Assembly (NCBI GenBank): GCA_038523235.1
Contig: JBCBJQ010000007.1
Coordinates: 58,192 to 122,191 of the forward strand
Reading direction: 5' to 3'
DNA: 64,000 bases
From: Cyanobacteria bacterium J06626_4
Lineage (GTDB): Bacteria > Cyanobacteriota > Cyanobacteriia > Phormidesmidales > Phormidesmidaceae
Below, piece by piece: positions 50,211 through 60,846 of this stretch. Both the position numbers and the translations under genes were made by a program. How positions within the stretch are numbered: position 1 is the stretch's first letter; each line of letters begins with the position of its first letter. The notes under the pieces were generated by a model. That model worked only from the letters and a program-made list of their open reading frames with translations, ran no database searches and was not told the origin of the DNA.

Positions 50211-53204
50211 TTAGTCATCAACGCCTTCAATCGGCGCAAAACCTTGGCGCTGCACGTTTTCGCTGACGTGACGCGGTTCTAAAAACTGCAGCAGATAGTC
50301 TGGCCCACCGGCTTTGGAACCGACCCCCGACATCTTGAACCCCCCAAAGGGTTGGCGAGCCACGATCGCGCCGGTGATGCTGCGATTGATATAGAGATTG
50401 CCGACGGCAAATTCGGCCTGCGCCCGTTCGATGTGAGCCGGGGTGCGGGAATACAGCCCCCCTGTCAGCCCATAGTCAGTGTTGTTGGCGATCGCCAATG
50501 CCTCGTCAAAGGTTTCCGCCTTAATCACCGCCAACACGGGGCCAAAGATTTCTTCCTGGGCAATGGCGGCATCGGGAGCCACCTCTGTGAACAAGGTTGG
50601 CCCCACAAAATAGCCCGATTCTGGGACGGGCAGGGCGAGCGCCAAGGTCGCATCTTGCTGGCCGCTGGCGATATAGCCCTGAATTTTGGCCTGGGCCTGG
50701 GCATCAATCACTGGCCCGACTTGCGTACTCGGCTGGGCAGCATCGCCTACGTTGAGCGAGCGGATAGCCTCAATCAGTCGCTGCACAAAGGTTTCATACA
50801 TCGATGACAGCACAATGACTCGCGAGCAGGCCGAGCACTTCTGGCCGCTGTAGCCAAAGGCTGAATACACCACCCCCTGCACCGCCTGATCGAGGTCGGC
50901 ACTGGCGTCAATGATCAAGCTGTTTTTGCCCCCCATTTCCGCCACGACTCGCTTCAGGTGCTTTTGACCGGGTTGCCATTGGGCGGCTTCGGCGTAGATG
51001 CGGCAGCCCACCGCGCGGGATCCGGTAAAGGTGATCATCTGCACGTCGGGATGCTGCACCAGGTGTGCGCCCACGGTTGAGCCGATCGCCGGTAAAAAGT
51101 GCAGTACATCTTGAGGAACGCCCGCCTCGTAGAGGATTTCCAACAGTTTGGCAGCAATCACCGAGGAATTTTCAGCCGGTTTGAGTAGGGTGCAGTTGCC
51201 CGCTACTAAGGACGCGACCGTCATGCCTGCCGTAATGGCGAGGGGAAAGTTCCACGGCGAAATTACCACGCCAATGCCTCTGGGAAAGTAGCGATAGCGG
51301 TTAGTCTCGCCGGGATAATCGTAGGCATAGCCCGCGTCTAGGCGCTCCATTTCGTCCGCATAGAAACGGCAAAAATCGATCGCCTCCGACACTTCTGGAT
51401 CGGCCTGTCCGAGGGGCTTGCCGACCTCTAGCACAATCCAGGCGTTGAGTTCGTGACGACGCGCGGCCATCAGGTCGGCGGCGCGCCGCAAAATCGCTGC
51501 CCGCTCTTGAGCTGGAGTTGCCGCCCAGGTGGGAAACGCGGCTTTCGCAGCAGCCAGTGCCTGATCCGCCTGCGCCTCACTCGCGAGCCCCACCTTGCCC
51601 ACTAACTCCGCTGGGTTAGACGGATTCACCGAATCCAAACTATTGTCGGTGTTCACCGATTCGCCACTGATAATCGGCGTATAGCGCTGGCCCAGCTGTT
51701 GTCGCACGGTTTGCATCGCGGTCGCCGCCGCTGCCCGGTGCTCGGCGATCGCGTAATCAGTATCCGGGGCATTGGCAAATGGGGGCTGCCAATCGCCTAA
51801 ATCTGCCGACTCGCCCACCTGATCCACTGCTGCGAAGGTGGGCGTAAGGAGCAGTTCTTCCCCCGCCGTATCTTCTAAGTTCTGCCGGACGAAAGAGCTG
51901 TTGGCCGTATTTTCCAGTAGGCGGCGAATCAAGTACGACATGCCAGGAATCAACTCCCCAAAGGGCGTGTATACCCGTACCCGGTAGCCTTGAGCAGCCA
52001 GCGTTTTGGCCAGCTTATCGGCCATGCCATAGAGCACCTGCAGTTCGATCTGGCGCTTAGGAATTTTCAGCGTTTCGGCAATCGCCATGGCATGGGCCTG
52101 CGATCGCACATTATGACTACCAATCGCCGCATAGAGATGATCGTGCTGCTCTAGCAGCAGCTGCGTCATCCGTTCAAAGTTGGTATCGGTGGAAACCTTC
52201 TCCCGATACACGGGGCTGGGCCAACCGTTTTGGCGAGCCGTAATCGTTTCCTGATCCCAATAGGCCCCTTTCACCAAGCGCACGGTGACTGGCGTCCCTC
52301 GCTCTTTGGCCCAGTCCACCAGCGCCTGTAGATCGGCATAACTATCCCGCAGATACGCCTGCAAGGTGACGCCGATATCGTCGCGCTGGCGAAACTCGGG
52401 CTCCAGCAAAATGTCTTGGAGAATCGCCAGTGTTAGGTCTTTATAGCGATACTGCTCCATATCGAAATGCACCATCACCCCCAGCTCATCGGCACGACGT
52501 AGCAAGGTGCGAATGGGCTGGCTGACGGCTTGACGACTGCCCTCAGCATCTAACGGGTCAAATTGTGAATAGAAGGCGGTGAGCTTGACCGACACCTGCA
52601 CTTTCGACAGGTTCTCACCATCGGCCTGATCGATCGCGGTGACCGGTTTCCACTGCTGCGCCGCAGTTGATAATTGCGCCATCAAATCCAAATAGCGATC
52701 AAGGTAAGCTTGGGCCTCCGCCTCCGTGATTACGGCCTCGCCGAGCAAGTCCATCGTGAAGGTCAGTTTATCCTTGCGCATCCGTTCGATGGCCTTGATC
52801 GCCTTGCCCATGTTTTCGCCAGAAATGTAGCGATAGGCGAGGGTTTCCACCGCCGGGGCCACCGTCGTTGCGGCTAGCTGACCCGGCACCGAATCTGGAT
52901 TTGTGAAGTTCAGCAGGCTCTTGAGAGCACTCGGCAGTTCCACCGCCTCTGCCGACAGATATTCCTGCAGGTGCCGGGCAATGGCCGATTTGCTCCGCAG
53001 AGCCGGGAGCGTATCAATAAAGCGAAACAGCTGAACTTTGAGGCCAGGGTTGGCCATGGCAAAATCCATAATCTTGTCGTCCCACCGCATCTGGTCGCGC
53101 ATCTGAGCGAAAAAGTTTTTTTGCTCGCGGGTGGCTTTGAGCAGCTTTTGGGCGATCGCGAGGGTTTGGGGTTCGTAGTCGGTCTTTTGGAGTTGGGCAA
53201 CCAT
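50211..53204 (-). CDS. putA: Bifunctional proline dehydrogenase / P5C dehydrogenase
   Basis: VRLVKGAYWD, YLIRRLLENTAN, ISPWNFP, AEMGGKN, GQKCSACSR and QPFGGFKMSG. Start inferred at ATG 53204. Confidence 0.96.
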   Translation of the reverse strand: MVAQLQKTDYEPQTLAIAQKLLKATREQKNFFAQMRDQMRWDDKIMDFAMANPGLKVQLFRFIDTLPALRSKSAIARHLQEYLSAEAVELPSALKSLLNFTNPDSVPGQLAATTVAPAVETLAYRYISGENMGKAIKAIERMRKDKLTFTMDLLGEAVITEAEAQAYLDRYLDLMAQLSTAAQQWKPVTAIDQADGENLSKVQVSVKLTAFYSQFDPLDAEGSRQAVSQPIRTLLRRADELGVMVHFDMEQYRYKDLTLAILQDILLEPEFRQRDDIGVTLQAYLRDSYADLQALVDWAKERGTPVTVRLVKGAYWDQETITARQNGWPSPVYREKVSTDTNFERMTQLLLEQHDHLYAAIGSHNVRSQAHAMAIAETLKIPKRQIELQVLYGMADKLAKTLAAQGYRVRVYTPFGELIPGMSYLIRRLLENTANSSFVRQNLEDTAGEELLLTPTFAAVDQVGESADLGDWQPPFANAPDTDYAIAEHRAAAATAMQTVRQQLGQRYTPIISGESVNTDNSLDSVNPSNPAELVGKVGLASEAQADQALAAAKAAFPTWAATPAQERAAILRRAADLMAARRHELNAWIVLEVGKPLGQADPEVSEAIDFCRFYADEMERLDAGYAYDYPGETNRYRYFPRGIGVVISPWNFPLAITAGMTVASLVAGNCTLLKPAENSSVIAAKLLEILYEAGVPQDVLHFLPAIGSTVGAHLVQHPDVQMITFTGSRAVGCRIYAEAAQWQPGQKHLKRVVAEMGGKNSLIIDASADLDQAVQGVVYSAFGYSGQKCSACSRVIVLSSMYETFVQRLIEAIRSLNVGDAAQPSTQVGPVIDAQAQAKIQGYIASGQQDATLALALPVPESGYFVGPTLFTEVAPDAAIAQEEIFGPVLAVIKAETFDEALAIANNTDYGLTGGLYSRTPAHIERAQAEFAVGNLYINRSITGAIVARQPFGGFKMSGVGSKAGGPDYLLQFLEPRHVSENVQRQGFAPIEGVDD

Positions 53205-53738
53205 GATTGTTGAGGCCGTTATGGACGTCGTGGGGAGACTGCGACTCGGGCAAAGGGGACATACCGGCACTACCGGCACGGATTGGGAAGACGGAAATAG
53301 GAATGTCGGCGACTCTATCAAAGTTTTGCGGCGGAAACTGTTACTCAGCAGCCACTTAGCCGACAGATGAATCCACAAATCAGCAAGAATCCTCGCTGGC
53401 GCTGCCCGCTCAATCATGAGTTGCCGTCACCGTTCTCTGCTCCCAGGACGAAGACGGCGTGAACGATGTCACGTCAGGAACTTTGGCCGACAGTAGCCCA
53501 GCTCCCCAATTTCTAGCGCTGATCTAGTCAAGAGCCAACGTTCTCGACGGCTATCGGAGGTTCAAGCAGATCGTTTTTATGTTTGTCAGGCTTTCCTAAA
53601 AGGTGCTGACTGAGTCGAGTATCCGACCAGCCCGCGATCGCCGACCTGCGGCTCACCTACTACCGGCGTAACCGCTTTTTCCTCAATCGCCGCCATCTCT
53701 ATTTTACGGCAGCCGATAGCGACGTGATTGCCACCTCG

Positions 53739-53836
53739 ATAGCGAGCCGCAGTCAGGTTTGGACACTTTTAATCGTCGGATCGCTGGCGGCAAGGCCCTT
53801 CCTCGCACCTTTAACCCGCACCTTTCTACCCTCTGC
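53739..53836. repeat. ~95-bp dispersed repeat, copy 2
   Basis: Same orientation and largely the same sequence as 31371-31462. Confidence 0.8.
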
Positions 53837-53987
53837 GATATCTAGGCATCCTCAGAGAGTTGTTGAAAATAGCCTCCCCGATTGCAAGGGTTGAACCCTG
53901 CCACACGCTTACAGAAAATTGTTTGTCCTGGGGAGACCATTTAAGCGCAGCTCCCTCAATGTCCTTTGTTTGGGGAAGGTCCAAACA

Positions 53988-55979
53988 TTAGCGGTTGGGC
54001 ACGGTTGCTTTAGCCGATTTGGCTTGAGGTGATGAGGACGCCGTATCTAAAAAGGGTGGAATCGGGCAGTCGAGCGTAATAACGATCGCCCGCAGCAGCT
54101 CGGCTTCGCGAATGGTCACCGACTGATCGACCAGGACGGCATGAGCGGCAGCATCAACAATTGCTTGTTTGAGTTTCGGTACGGCAGGCTGCAGGCGTTT
54201 TAAGCTCGGCCCCAAATGAGCCAGGGTAAAGGTGGGTAACGCCTGAGGCAGGGGTCGTTTGCTGGCACCGGGCAGACTGGATAAGGCGGACTTAAAGGCG
54301 TAAAAGGCGTCATCGGTGTTGGTGTGACCGATTTTGGCCAACAAGGTGAGCACGACCTGGCAATCTTCCCAAAGCGGGGCTAAGTTGGTCACCGCCTTGG
54401 GTTGCTCTAAGCGTTTCTGAAAATGGGGTCGCAGCCGCTTTTGCACAATCAGCTGCAGCACATATTCTGACAGGCTCAATTTGCCATCGGCTTTGACCAG
54501 GGCCTGAATTTGCTTAAAGAAATCAGCGCATTGCTGAGGGGTGATTGTGCGCAGCGCCGGGATCGACAGATCGAGCAGGGGCAAATATCTGCGGGCATCC
54601 AAACCGCTCAGCAGATCAGCGATTTGCACTACTTGAGCAGGCTCAATCGCTAATGGTGAGGCTTGCACTAGCGCCAGCTGCCGCGATCGCACCGCTGGGC
54701 GCGCATCCAACAGCAAACTAAACACTAAGGTCATGGCCCCCGTGGGCGAGTCGATGGCCTCACTCAACTCCGGCGGCAGCGACTGCAACCAGGCATGGGC
54801 TTTGGCCAAATGCTGAGGGCTGGCCGTGCCGACACTGGCCATAAACTGCTCGACCGGAGGAATAGCGGCTGTTGCTCCGGTCGAAGCTGATTCAGCAGGA
54901 GTTAATCCAGCCGAAGCAGTACCCTCTGCAGCTAGGCCCATTGCGCCCGCATTGGCCAATTCATTGGGGAAGGCGAGCGGCGCTGTCGGCACCGATGCCG
55001 GTGTCACTAACTGCCCCGTCATGCGGCGAATGCGTTCACTCAGCGGCGGGTGGGTGGCCATCCAGCCCTGCAGAAAGGTCGGTTGAAAAACAGCCCCAAA
55101 AAACATGTGGCTGGCCGATTCTGCTTTGGGTGATTGCAGTCGCGAGCCCTTGCCATGCCCCCCAATGCGCCGCAGCGCTCCGGCTAACCCCAGCGGATTG
55201 CGAGTGAACTGCACCGCCGAAGCATCGGCCAAAAACTCCCGCTGCCGCGAAACGCAGCTCTTGATCAGGCGGCCAAACGTCAGGCCGATGCTGCCCACCA
55301 GCATGATTGCCAGGCCAAAGCAAAACAGCCTGCCATCTCGGTCACGGCGTTGGGAGTGTGACGAACTGCTGCGGGTCAATATGCGTCCGATAATGTAGAT
55401 GTAAAGCAGACCCTGCAGCACGCCCATCAGCTTCAGGTTAAGCCGCATGTCGCCGTTGAGAATGTGACTAAATTCATGGGCGATGACTCCCTGTAGTTCG
55501 TCACGGCTGAGCTGCTCAAGACAACCCCGAGTGACGCCAATGACGGCATCATCGGGCGCGTAGCCCGCGGCAAAGGCATTAATGCCCAGTTCATGGTGGA
55601 GTAAATACACCGTGGGGATGGGGGTGCCCGAGGCTAGGGCCATCTCAGCCACGACGTTTAATAGTTGCTTCTCTTTAAAATCAGTTGTTTGCGGATTCAC
55701 CTGAGTGCCGCCCAGGCTCTCTGCCACAGCTGGGCCACCACGGCGCAGCTCAACCATTTTAGTGACGCTGCCAGCCCCAATCATGGCCAGCGTGCCCACA
55801 CTCACAACCAGCAAAACATCGGGTTGCCAGAGCTGTAAGGGCTGCTCAAAGAAAGACACCAAGCCCATCAGAGTGATCGCATATAAGCTGACAATCATGG
55901 CGATGATGGCCAGACCAAAGAGCCCAATTAGCTGTTTGGTATTGCGCCGAGCTTGGTCCTGATGTTCAAAAAAATCCAT
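53988..55979 (-). CDS. M48 (HtpX-like) membrane zinc metallopeptidase with long C-terminal extension
   Basis: INAFAAG, GVIAHEFSH (HExxH), SRQREFLADA and THPPLSERI. Confidence 0.92.
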   Translation of the reverse strand: MDFFEHQDQARRNTKQLIGLFGLAIIAMIVSLYAITLMGLVSFFEQPLQLWQPDVLLVVSVGTLAMIGAGSVTKMVELRRGGPAVAESLGGTQVNPQTTDFKEKQLLNVVAEMALASGTPIPTVYLLHHELGINAFAAGYAPDDAVIGVTRGCLEQLSRDELQGVIAHEFSHILNGDMRLNLKLMGVLQGLLYIYIIGRILTRSSSSHSQRRDRDGRLFCFGLAIMLVGSIGLTFGRLIKSCVSRQREFLADASAVQFTRNPLGLAGALRRIGGHGKGSRLQSPKAESASHMFFGAVFQPTFLQGWMATHPPLSERIRRMTGQLVTPASVPTAPLAFPNELANAGAMGLAAEGTASAGLTPAESASTGATAAIPPVEQFMASVGTASPQHLAKAHAWLQSLPPELSEAIDSPTGAMTLVFSLLLDARPAVRSRQLALVQASPLAIEPAQVVQIADLLSGLDARRYLPLLDLSIPALRTITPQQCADFFKQIQALVKADGKLSLSEYVLQLIVQKRLRPHFQKRLEQPKAVTNLAPLWEDCQVVLTLLAKIGHTNTDDAFYAFKSALSSLPGASKRPLPQALPTFTLAHLGPSLKRLQPAVPKLKQAIVDAAAHAVLVDQSVTIREAELLRAIVITLDCPIPPFLDTASSSPQAKSAKATVPNR

Positions 55980-56084
55980 TACGTGATGTCTCTAAGGTCA
56001 CCGCAGGAGCAAGCTCGGGGCCAAGGGGCGCTGCCAAGCGGGCTCGACGACGTCTCCTCAGGCTTCAACGCCAGTGAGGTGTGA

Positions 56085-56699
56085 CTAAAAGGAAACTCGG
56101 GGAGCAGCGCGCATTTCGGGCGCTTCAATCGTCTCTAAGAGTTCCGCCGGTTGAAAGTTAAAGCTGCCCGCGATCGCACTGTTGGGAAACACTTCGCGCG
56201 TCGTGTTATAGCGGGTGACGGCATCGTTGAAGGCCTGTCGGGCAAAGGCAATTTGATTTTCAGTCGTTTGCAAGGCCTCGGTGAGCTGCGCCATATTCTG
56301 ACTAGCTTTGAGGTCAGGGTAAGCCTCTGAAAGGGCAAACAGCCGCCCCAAGGTACCAGTCAAGGCGGTTTCCGCACCGGCAAGTTGCTGCATAGCGGCA
56401 GGGTCACCCGGAGCCTGGGCAGCTTGCTGATTGGCCGAGATCGCCGTATTGCGAGCGGCAATCACCGCTTCTAAGGTCTCGCGCTCGTGCTGCATATACC
56501 CTTTAACTGTTTCCACCAGGTTCGGAATTAAGTCATAGCGGCGTCGCAGCTGAATATCAATTTGCGAAAACGCATTTTGGTAGCGGTTTCGCAGGGTGAC
56601 GAGCCGGTTGTAAATATTGACGGCAATGACGGCAACCGCGATCGCCAGCACGACCAAAGCCACAATAAAAAAAACGAACAGACCGATAAAAGCGCCCAT
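56085..56699 (-). CDS. lemA: LemA family protein
   Basis: YNRLV, RRYDLIPNLVETVKGY and EAYPDLKAS. AAGGAG RBS before ATG 56699. Confidence 0.93.
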   Translation of the reverse strand: MGAFIGLFVFFIVALVVLAIAVAVIAVNIYNRLVTLRNRYQNAFSQIDIQLRRRYDLIPNLVETVKGYMQHERETLEAVIAARNTAISANQQAAQAPGDPAAMQQLAGAETALTGTLGRLFALSEAYPDLKASQNMAQLTEALQTTENQIAFARQAFNDAVTRYNTTREVFPNSAIAGSFNFQPAELLETIEAPEMRAAPRVSF

Positions 56700-57522
56700 G
56701 GGTGGTTTTCTCCTTGAGGATGGTGAGGGGCTAGGTTTAGCTACACTGCAACCCATCCAAGTTGCTGAAATGGCTTCTTTGGCCGTAGAGTGCCCGGTCG
56801 ATTTTCCTAAACCAACACAGCAGCTTCGCAAAGGTGACGTTTTTATTCGCTGAGGTGGCTGGTTTCAGATCTGTCTGGGTTGAGCCTGAAAATCTTTAAG
56901 CCCTCAATTCCGCCGTATCCAGCAGGCTTAAAGCCTCTTCTTTGCATGCCCGGAAAGTTGGCGATCTGCGGTAACACGACCAAACCTCAGGATTTGCCAG
57001 AGTTGAGGCAGGGGACAAATCATACTTTTTGCTGCTAGCCTTGCTAAGGCTTTTTCCCATAAAGAATGCTTTTCTCTTGGCCGGGGAATTAATACCAGAA
57101 CCGAGAATCTGCCAGTTGCCTGATACTCGCGGGGATAGCGAGAGCATTCTGCCTCCACAGCGTTTACCCTACCTCAAGGCGTTTCTGGGAGGCTAGCTCC
57201 AGCGATCGCCCTCGATGCTTTGGGTGGATACTCACGAAAATACACAGCTAGAGATAGTCGCAATACCAAGACCAAATATTATTGGCTTAACCCACAATTT
57301 TGCGAGCACTTAAGGCGATGCCTTCAACGGCGCTCTGAGTAGCAATATAGAACAAGAAAAACCGATATCATCATTGCCCATTTTGCAGATGAGGAGATCG
57401 TCTCGAGAACTATTATCGGGAAGCATCTCAGATTTGCAAGTCCATCAATGCATTTAGGGCGGGCATCTTGCCCGCGACAAGAGCTAGAAATACACAATTG
57501 GGATGCACTTCCATTTTCAACC

Positions 57523-57969
57523 ATGATGCAGTTTGAACCTATTGATTCTTCTCTCCTGCAAGGCTGTTCCAATTTATTTGTTGAAGTCTTTAATGGATCA
57601 CCTTGGCATGAAAGCTGGAGCTTTGAAACAGCCTCAAAAAGATTGGAAGATTGCTATGCTACACCAGGTTTCTACGGCATCGTCGCGATTGAGGAAAATA
57701 AAGTTTCTGGTTTCGCTTTCGGCTTTGCAGAAGTATCCTATGCGGGCCACCACTTTTACTTGAAAGAAATGTGTGTGCAGCCCAACAAGCAGAGAAGCGG
57801 AATTGGCACGAAAATTGTTGACACGCTTTATCGCGATCTTGCCGACAAAGACATCAGTATGATTTATCTCCTCACTATGCGAGATAGTTCAGCCGCAGAC
57901 TTTTACCAAAAATGTGGGTTTTCCTATAGCTCTAAGATGAGCATGATGCTGAGAAACACCAGACAGTGA
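57523..57969 (+). CDS. GNAT-family N-acetyltransferase
   Basis: VFNGSPWHESWS, EMCVQPNKQRSGIG and FYQKCGF. Confidence 0.88.
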   Translation: MMQFEPIDSSLLQGCSNLFVEVFNGSPWHESWSFETASKRLEDCYATPGFYGIVAIEENKVSGFAFGFAEVSYAGHHFYLKEMCVQPNKQRSGIGTKIVDTLYRDLADKDISMIYLLTMRDSSAADFYQKCGFSYSSKMSMMLRNTRQ

Positions 57970-58198
57970 GTGTGTTGCTTAACTGACAAAGATCCGATTC
58001 TGCATAGCTCCAGGAGAAAGCATTACAGAGGACAACAGTAACCGGAAAACATTATCAATACGGTGTTGTCTTCAGCGAGCCTCTTGCCCAGTCGCTTCAC
58101 TCCAGTATGATCTCCAGGACACTGTTTTGGCGGCCAGTCCATCCTTGCAAGATCGGCGGCAGTGGCGAGCGATCGCTCAGCGGATGTAAAGCTGTCCC

Positions 58199-58870
58199 CT
58201 AACTACGCAGTCGATAGCCCATGCCCCGCACCGTTTCGATCGCGTCACTCCCCAACTTACGCCGCAGATGGCGAATGTAGACTTCGATAATGTTAGAGCC
58301 GGGGTCATAGTCGTAGCCCCAGACCCGATTCAGCAACTGCTCCTTACTCATCACCTGCATGGGATGTCGAAGTAGCACCTCGGCCAAGACGAACTCTTTG
58401 GCCGACAGCTCTACCAGGCGCCCCTCTACCCAGGCTTGCCGCGTCAGCAAATCGAGGGATAAATGACCGACCTGGAGGCGGGTTTCAGATGGGGGGGAGT
58501 GGGTCGGGCGGCGATCGCGGAGTTGGACTTTGACGCGGGCGAGTAACTCTTCAAAGCGAAAGGGTTTAGTCATGTAGTCGTTCGCTCCCCCTTCTAACGC
58601 TGTGACCGTGTCGTCCACGCCGTCGCGGGCGGTGAGGACGATGATGGGCAGGCGCTCCCCTTGTCCCCGCACCGCTTGCAGCACCTCCAAACCATCCTTA
58701 CCCGGCAGCCCTAAATCGAGAATGAGTAAGTCAAAATCTGCTCCCCGCGCCAACTCCACCGCTTGATGGCCGTCGCTGACAACTAAGGTGGTGAAGCCGT
58801 GGGCCTTGAGACCCGCCTTGAGAAAATCAACGATGTGTGGGTTGTCTTCGGCGATCAGAATGCGATTCAT
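58199..58870 (-). CDS. OmpR-family response regulator
   Basis: ILIAED, LDLGLPGKDG, KPFRFEELLAR and IETVRGMGY. Confidence 0.94.
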   Translation of the reverse strand: MNRILIAEDNPHIVDFLKAGLKAHGFTTLVVSDGHQAVELARGADFDLLILDLGLPGKDGLEVLQAVRGQGERLPIIVLTARDGVDDTVTALEGGANDYMTKPFRFEELLARVKVQLRDRRPTHSPPSETRLQVGHLSLDLLTRQAWVEGRLVELSAKEFVLAEVLLRHPMQVMSKEQLLNRVWGYDYDPGSNIIEVYIRHLRRKLGSDAIETVRGMGYRLRS

Positions 58871-60305
58871 ACTGCAGAGTTTCCGATGGATAGACTGCGG
58901 GCTCTAACGGCAGGATGAGGGTAAAGGTCGCCCCTTGTCCCAGTTCGCTGGCCAGTTCAATGCGCCCGCCGTGGGCCTCGACGATCGCGCTGACGATGGC
59001 TAGCCCTAAGCCCGCCCCTTCAAACGGTTGATTATTATTGGTGGCGCGGGCAAACCGGTCAAAAATGCGGGCTTGATCCGCTGGGGCAATGCCCTCGCCG
59101 GTATCGCGCACCCAAAATCGCAGATGGTCGCCATCTACGGCGGAGCCCAGGGCAATGGTGTCTCCGGGCTGGGTATGCCGCAGGGCATTTTGCACCAGGT
59201 TCATGACCGCTTGAGAAAAGCGCTGTCGGTCTAGCGTCGCGGGATACAGACCCTTCGCTTCAAGGCGCCAGTCGCGCTCTGCGGTGAGCGATCGCGCCTT
59301 GAGGTAAAGCTCCTCGGTCAGCCAGTCCAAATCTTCCGGTTTCAAGATGAGAAAATCGGGTCGTTCGGCTTTGGTCAGCAGCAGCAGGTCATTCACTAAC
59401 CGATTCATTTGCTGCAATTCATTGGTGATTAGCGCAATGGTTTCAGCCTGTTTTTCCGGGCGGTAGGCCAGGGTTTCTAACTGGCCCTGAATCACCGTGA
59501 TCGGCGTGCGCAGCTCATGACTGACATCTTTGAGAAACTCCTGCTGCCCGTCAAAGGCGTTCTGCAGCCGATCCAGCATGTCGTTGAACGTTGCTGCGAC
59601 GGCAGTGATTTCGTCCTTCCCCTGCAGGGGAATCCGCTGACTCATATCCGATTCTGTAATCTGCCGTGCTGTGCGGTTCATCAAATGCAGGGGACGGAGC
59701 AGCCGCCCAGCAGTGACCCAGGCAATCACAAAGAAGCTCCCTAGCACCGCCACCGAGACCTTGAGCACGAGTCGAATCGCCGCCGTTCCCGACTGGTAGG
59801 CGATCGTTTTATCTTCAATCGCGACGAAAGTGCCCCGGACGTCATCGCCAATGATCAGCGGCTCGGCGGCGTAAACGATGTTGTGATCGCCCCCTTCCAG
59901 GCGCTGCTGCTGGGGCGCTTCTAAACTGGCCCAGCCGGTGACTAAGTCCGGGTCGCGGGCTAACCAGTCGGGCATTGGTCCGCTCGCGCGGTAAAACTCC
60001 CCGTCGATAAAGGTGGCGACCCATTCATCCTCAGCGGGCACGTGAGCCGCCAGCATTTGATCAAACAGCGCTGTGATTTCCAACTCGGTGGGCTGCTGAG
60101 CGGTCAGCGGTTCGGCAGCTTGCTGAAACCGAGCCATCTCTTCGGCCAGAGCGGCTTCGGCCTGCTCGTACAAGCGATCGCAATAAATTTGTCGGGTCAC
60201 CCAAGTTGCCATGCCAGTCGTTGAGACGGCGAGCAAGAAGTACCAGGCCAACAATCGAGTGCGAAAGTTACGAAAAGACATCAGCCACTCCGTTACTCGT
60301 TTCAT
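58827..60305 (-). CDS. Membrane sensor histidine kinase (periplasmic domain, HAMP)
   Basis: Two TM helices, HAMP, VSHELRTP, NLVQNALRH and GAGLGLAIV. Confidence 0.94.
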   Translation of the reverse strand: MKRVTEWLMSFRNFRTRLLAWYFLLAVSTTGMATWVTRQIYCDRLYEQAEAALAEEMARFQQAAEPLTAQQPTELEITALFDQMLAAHVPAEDEWVATFIDGEFYRASGPMPDWLARDPDLVTGWASLEAPQQQRLEGGDHNIVYAAEPLIIGDDVRGTFVAIEDKTIAYQSGTAAIRLVLKVSVAVLGSFFVIAWVTAGRLLRPLHLMNRTARQITESDMSQRIPLQGKDEITAVAATFNDMLDRLQNAFDGQQEFLKDVSHELRTPITVIQGQLETLAYRPEKQAETIALITNELQQMNRLVNDLLLLTKAERPDFLILKPEDLDWLTEELYLKARSLTAERDWRLEAKGLYPATLDRQRFSQAVMNLVQNALRHTQPGDTIALGSAVDGDHLRFWVRDTGEGIAPADQARIFDRFARATNNNQPFEGAGLGLAIVSAIVEAHGGRIELASELGQGATFTLILPLEPAVYPSETLQYESHSDRRRQPTHR

Positions 60306-60724
60306 CGTACCGATTCCTCAGGGTAGGCGGCAGGGGTGGCGCTATCGGTCTGGCGGTCAAGACTCACCGGCCCCGAACCATAGGCGGTCACCATCAACAG
60401 ACCGCCAATGATGGCGAGATTTTTGAGGAACTGAGTCATCTGGGTCGGATCCGCAATGGGGTTGTGAAACACCAGGGTCGCGGGAATGAGGAAGGCCAGC
60501 AGCAAGCCAGCGCCAATGCGAGCTTTGAAGCCCACAATCAGCGACAGGCTACCCAGCAACTGAAAGGCGATGGTGAATATGGCCACGAGCGCTGCCAACG
60601 GCAGGCCCGCCCCGGCAATCTGCTGCTGCAGGCCCGCAAAATCTGACATTTTGCCGATGCTGCTATTGAGGAAGATGACTGCGATCGCCGTGCGAGCTAA
60701 GAGGGGAATGTACTTTTGCAGCAT
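60302..60724 (-). CDS. DoxX family membrane protein
   Basis: Four TM helices, FLIPATLVFH and FLKNLAIIGGLL. Its stop overlaps the kinase start (ATGA). Confidence 0.9.
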   Translation of the reverse strand: MLQKYIPLLARTAIAVIFLNSSIGKMSDFAGLQQQIAGAGLPLAALVAIFTIAFQLLGSLSLIVGFKARIGAGLLLAFLIPATLVFHNPIADPTQMTQFLKNLAIIGGLLMVTAYGSGPVSLDRQTDSATPAAYPEESVR

Positions 60725-60846
60725 GATGGAAAATTTCTCCTAATTTATGAAGGTGAATGAACAAACTGGATGACCATCAAGGTCAGGGGTAAAACAACTC
60801 AGGCATGGAATTTAGGACACATTGGGCCAGTTAGCGTCGGCCTGCT

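Noticed and set aside
56896..57450. Short ORFs between lemA and the GNAT gene
   Set aside because: No recognisable domain; possibly decayed sequence, but I cannot support a call.
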